From: Chrysomallon squamiferum
Taxonomy: Eukaryota; Animalia; Mollusca
Length of the DNA stretch: 64,000 nucleotides
Assembly: GCA_012295275.1 (NCBI GenBank)
Contig: CM022666.1
Location: 9,424,001 to 9,488,000 of the forward strand
Direction: 5' to 3'
Shown: in pieces, positions 50,034 through 64,000 of the stretch
Layout of the letters: each line of letters begins with the position of its first letter
Position numbering within the stretch: position 1 is the stretch's first letter
Notes under the pieces: model-generated
Seen by the model: only the letters and a program-made list of their open reading frames with translations
Database searches by the model: none
Told to the model about the DNA's origin: nothing
Translations under genes and position numbers: made by a program

Positions 50034-51002
50034 TCATCACAGTAAATCGTACAAAATCATAATCTACATAGAAAGGCTTTATTTTCCTAAAATCATTTAG
50101 TATCTTAAGAGAAATACTTTTTTAACTTTTAATTTAGAAGTGTAAATGTACAACTGCTGCTGTAATTCATATATTTAATAATTTATTAATTTAGACATTC
50201 ACTTGTGGTAAGCAGAGTTAAAACAGAGTTCATTATATTTTGTTCTGTACATAAAAGAAAAGGAGAATTTGTGGACTTGCTTGTTTTAGTGCATCAAAGG
50301 CAGCTATGTAACGTTTCATCGTCTTTGGCTTTTTTAAATTCTGCGTTGTTACTTCACATTTTACAAATCCAAAAAAGTCAAAGATTTTGTTTTAGTGGAA
50401 CAAATAAACAAGCAAGTAAATAAATAAATAAATAAATAAAGTAAGTAAATTTAAACTATGTAGCCTTATATAATAAATCATAAATTATAATTCATCAACA
50501 TTCGTATGAAGCTAGTGCGCAGTCTAAATCATCTCACTGATACGTCGATCAGCTTCTTTCTGTGCCAGAAGTTATTAGATGATATTAAATTCTATGTTTA
50601 ATGTAAATAAAATTATAGTTATTAATAATATATATTAAATATATTAATATGTATTTTGTGCGATTATGTTAGTATCTAGCTTTTGACAATCCTGTTAATT
50701 ATATCATGATCATCATTGTTAATATTATTATTATTATTGTAGTTGTTGTTATTGCTGTTGTTGTTATTATTATTACTGTTATTATTATTATTATTATACT
50801 ATTATTATTGTTATTATTATTTTTGCAATTGTTGCTAATGCTATTATTATTAATAATTATATTACTATTATTACTAACACTGTTATTGCTATTACTATTA
50901 TTATTGTTGTTGTTGTTGTAAATATTCCTGTTATTGTTTAACATGAATTTTGACAGACGAGTCTGTTGCAATATTTAATTAGTGCTATTTAAATATTTCA
51001 TA

Positions 51003-51033
<31 letters not shown>

Positions 51034-51119
51034 CAACATATGAAACGGGATACGATCTATTTGTAATAGATAGATAAATAAATGAAATAAACAAACAATA
51101 TAATAATAATAACAATAAC

Positions 51120-51165
<46 letters not shown>

Positions 51166-51189
51166 ATAAATGAATAAATAAATAAATAA

Positions 51190-51225
<36 letters not shown>

Positions 51226-51921
51226 TTTAAAAAATATATTCAGTATAGTGATCTTTCTTTTCTTATTTTCCAAAAATTAAATATACTGATTTGCCATAAC
51301 TTGTGCAGGAAGGTTTGTCGCAATTATGAATAATTATGAAAAGTACTGCTACTACATCGTCAGAGACAACATATATACCCTTTCATTTAATACAATTTCG
51401 TCCATTGGTCTCTTTGAATTGAATCACCAAATCTTAATCCCGGTTACATAAAAGCTAATAGTTATATGATTAGAAATTACTTTCAATTGTTTCTCCGAAA
51501 GCATTCTGCGGTACTGAAAATGTTTAGTTGTTTTCGGAAATATCTAGCGTGTGCATACTAAATTTTACTAACTTTGAAAAATGTGCGAAAGCGCGTTTGA
51601 ATTTGATAAAAGAGAGAAGCAGGTTCGAATAAATTTACCTCGTTGTTTAAAAAAAAAGACTTATACGTTAGTGTTTGAGAAGTTTCTGTTCTTCTTTATA
51701 TGTATCTCCATAGAATTCTGTTATTCTTTTTATGATTGTTTCTGAGTAATATAGTGAATTTTGTTATAATATCAAACTTTTCATGTGCAATAAAAACTGT
51801 AATCTATGAAACTTTTTTTGTTCTGTGTAATCATTTAACACTGACAGAGTGAATAATAATATATTTATTTTAAATAATAATTATATTTCAGCATTTATGG
51901 ATGTATGAATGTCTGTATATA

Positions 51922-52053
51922 CTTTAGAACTGAATATTCTCCGTCTTATGTACGTCTGATTAGACTCTGCACATAGACAATATTCGGCGCTGGAGGACAA
52001 AATCCTATCACAACCTCACAAACCTGTCAGATGCCGCTGACGAAATTCGAACG
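51922..52053 (-). mobile_element. SINE-like repeat copy
   Basis: gaatattctccgtcttatgtacgtctgattagactctgcacatagacaatattcgg...gtcagatgccgctgacgaaattcgaacg. Confidence 0.72.
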
Positions 52054-53688
52054 AGACAATCTCGATCAGAACATTAATAGCTAAGACAAACACTTTAATT
52101 GTATATAGTTTAAGACCAAACCAACTGCATATAACTTAAGATGAGAATTTTAATTCTGTGTAGTTTAATATCAGAACTTTTATTGTACATAGCACAAGAT
52201 AAAAAAACAACAAAAAAACCTTAATATATCTTAAAGTCAGAACTTTAGTGGTAAACAGCTTTAAGATCAGAAATTTAATTAAATATAGTCTAACATGAGA
52301 AATATTTAATTAAATATAGTTAAACAAGTATAAATACGTATAAGTGTGTGTGTTTGCACCTATACTGTTTCACTGCATAAGCGACTGTGTGTATGTGCGT
52401 GTTAATTCAAATCGTGAAAATGGAATCATTTGTGTGGGAAGCAGATCGTGTTCTTTGTTAAACGTCTTCAGTCGAGATGTCGAGATTATAACATTTACAA
52501 AAATAAAACATAAATATAACATTTACAAAAATAAAACATAAATATAAATTTTATAAAAGGCAGAACGAGCATGCAGACGACAGTTTATTTCTATTTTCAG
52601 TCAAAGAGAACATAATAAATAATACTGAGCCGCGCCTTGAAAAACAAAATGACAATGTTTGTAATACAAACATGAAATGGACACGTTTCTACCCTCTTGG
52701 TCGAGTTGCTGAAGTAAATACCCACACGACTGTAACTACAATTATTGTAGAATCAGCTGTAATGTTTGATAGTCTGTAGTTGTCATGAGATAAATACAAA
52801 TATTAAAATATGACTCATTGTCTTCGTGCCTTTTATTTTACTAATGTTTCTCAAGTTATCTCCCTTACCATGCCATATCATAGAGGAAAATTATAGAAAT
52901 ATTACAAAGTTAAATCTTGTAATATACTCAGGATGTTAGCGTAGAAAACTCTGAAAACGAACCTGATTTAGGACAGAACATCAAAATGGACAGCTACTTT
53001 CTCTGAAAAGTACACCATGCAACGAAACGTATGAAATAATGAAAACAGATTTATTTTACTTTTTCAGAGTCGACGAAAACGTCAAATACAAGAATATCAG
53101 TTCATTAGGGTTCATAGGATTCCATAATTAAAAGAGTTTTAAATATCATAATCATTAGCTATAAGAAAAAGGAAAAAGAAGAAGAAAAAAGAAGATGAAA
53201 ATGATGTTTAAGAAAAAACAAATTTAATAACCAAAGTGAAAAAGAAACAGTTTTATTTACATACATATTTTTGTAATCAGTTCTTTTAACAAAACTGGCC
53301 TATATTTCTGTACTTTTATATATCCACAACTAATAGACTGTACATGTATATTTATGAATGTGAAAACCAAGCCTGCTACACTAGAAAATTATTGTAACAA
53401 AATGTTCGAGTTATTAAAAGTAAAAATAAAAAAAAAAAAAAAAAAAAAAGTGAAAAAAAAAAGAAGAGGAAAATCTCGCTATTTAAAACAGAACGTAGGA
53501 TAATATTAACAAAATACGATACAGAAAATCTTTATAAAAACCTGAACATTTTCTTTTGAAGAATGATCAGTTTTATATGGTTATTTTTGAAACTCATATT
53601 GTTATCTTAAAATATTTTGTTGTTGAAAATGAAGATATGAATAAGATCCAACATGGCATACATAACTGTCGTCTGCCATTCGCTGTTA

Positions 53689-53842
53689 CAGTGAAATTCA
53701 ACATGGCGCACAGCTGTCGTCAGTGAAATGAAACATGGCGCACAGCTGACGTCAGTGAAATGAAACATGGCGCACAGCTGTCGTCAGTGAAATTCAACAT
53801 GGCGCACAGCTGACGTCAGTGAAATGAAACATGCAGCTGTCG
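53689..53842. repeat. ~32-bp minisatellite, 4-5 copies
   Basis: Unit cagtgaaatgaaacatggcgcacagctg(t/a)cgt. Confidence 0.85.
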
Positions 53843-54404
53843 TCTACCTGTGGTTATCTCAGCGAAATACACAATACGTTAGAATAAAGCTTTTACCTGT
53901 TTCATTTCGCAATAAGCAGTCCTGTTAAGAACAAAGCTTTAATGAAGATGCAGTAAGGACGAAGTATATGAATATTACTTCTTTTTAATCGGTTACCGAA
54001 TGTTATATATACATTCATTATTATCTTACAGTTTGTATCTAAAAATGATCCATATATTTAAACTGTACGCTTCCACTGGTGTTTCCGAATAAGTCATTTG
54101 ATATGATTTTTTTCTGTTTCTGTGTGTGTTCATATGTTTCTCTGTGTGCGTGAATGTGTGAGAGAGAGATGGGGGAATCAAACGAAACAAAGATACATAG
54201 ACTGATGTTACAAAGTCTTAGCAGATTTAAAATTAATAATAATAATAGTAGTAATAATAATAATAATAACAACAACAACAACGACAAGAATAACAACAAC
54301 AACAACAACAACAGTAATAACAACCACAATCTATTATTACACTATACATAATGTATTTACAATGCAATCGTCACGTGACAACACTGTGTGTTGAATGATC
54401 ACGA

Positions 54405-63844
<9,440 letters not shown>

Positions 63845-64000
63845 CTGAAATATACAAAATAATAAATTTATATCATATTAAATACACAAAACATTAAAAA
63901 TAAACAACACTAAATACAGAATATATTACATATACACGACACATTAAATTTAAAACACATTAAATATACAACACACTAAATACACATTACATTAAATACA

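Overview
AT-rich, microsatellite-dense eukaryotic DNA, most likely lophotrochozoan (mollusc-like, inferred from the Pif/BMSP-type chitin-binding modules). There are no prokaryotic features, rRNA/tRNA genes or CRISPR arrays, and most ORFs in the supplied track are microsatellite artefacts. Reading splice sites by hand gives: (1) the last two exons of a galectin-like gene (236-2027, +); (2) a 7-coding-exon secreted protein with five chitin-binding type-2 modules and a Sushi-like C-terminus (8943-14670, +); (3) an orphan signal-peptide exon (15622-15765); (4) a 9-exon astacin metalloprotease with a long prodomain, an EGF-like domain and an aromatic tail (21426-39314, +); (5) three paralogous secreted 8-Cys peptide genes (40320-44334); (6) an intronless divergent FoxQ2-like gene (48361-49686, +); and (7) the 3' twelve exons of a DUF885-family putative metallopeptidase with a GPI-like tail (54405-63844, -). 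The most novel-looking items are the 8-Cys peptide cluster, whose spacing resembles nemertean neurotoxin B-IV and whose head-to-head pair shares an inverted 21-bp CRE-like element, and a duplicated, frame-enforced mutually exclusive exon encoding the HExxxGHH motif of the DUF885 gene. Repeats include a tRNA-like SINE family, a LINE 3' fragment, three MITE-like elements, several minisatellites and a ~1.7-kb triplication. All calls are by eye; no database searches were run.
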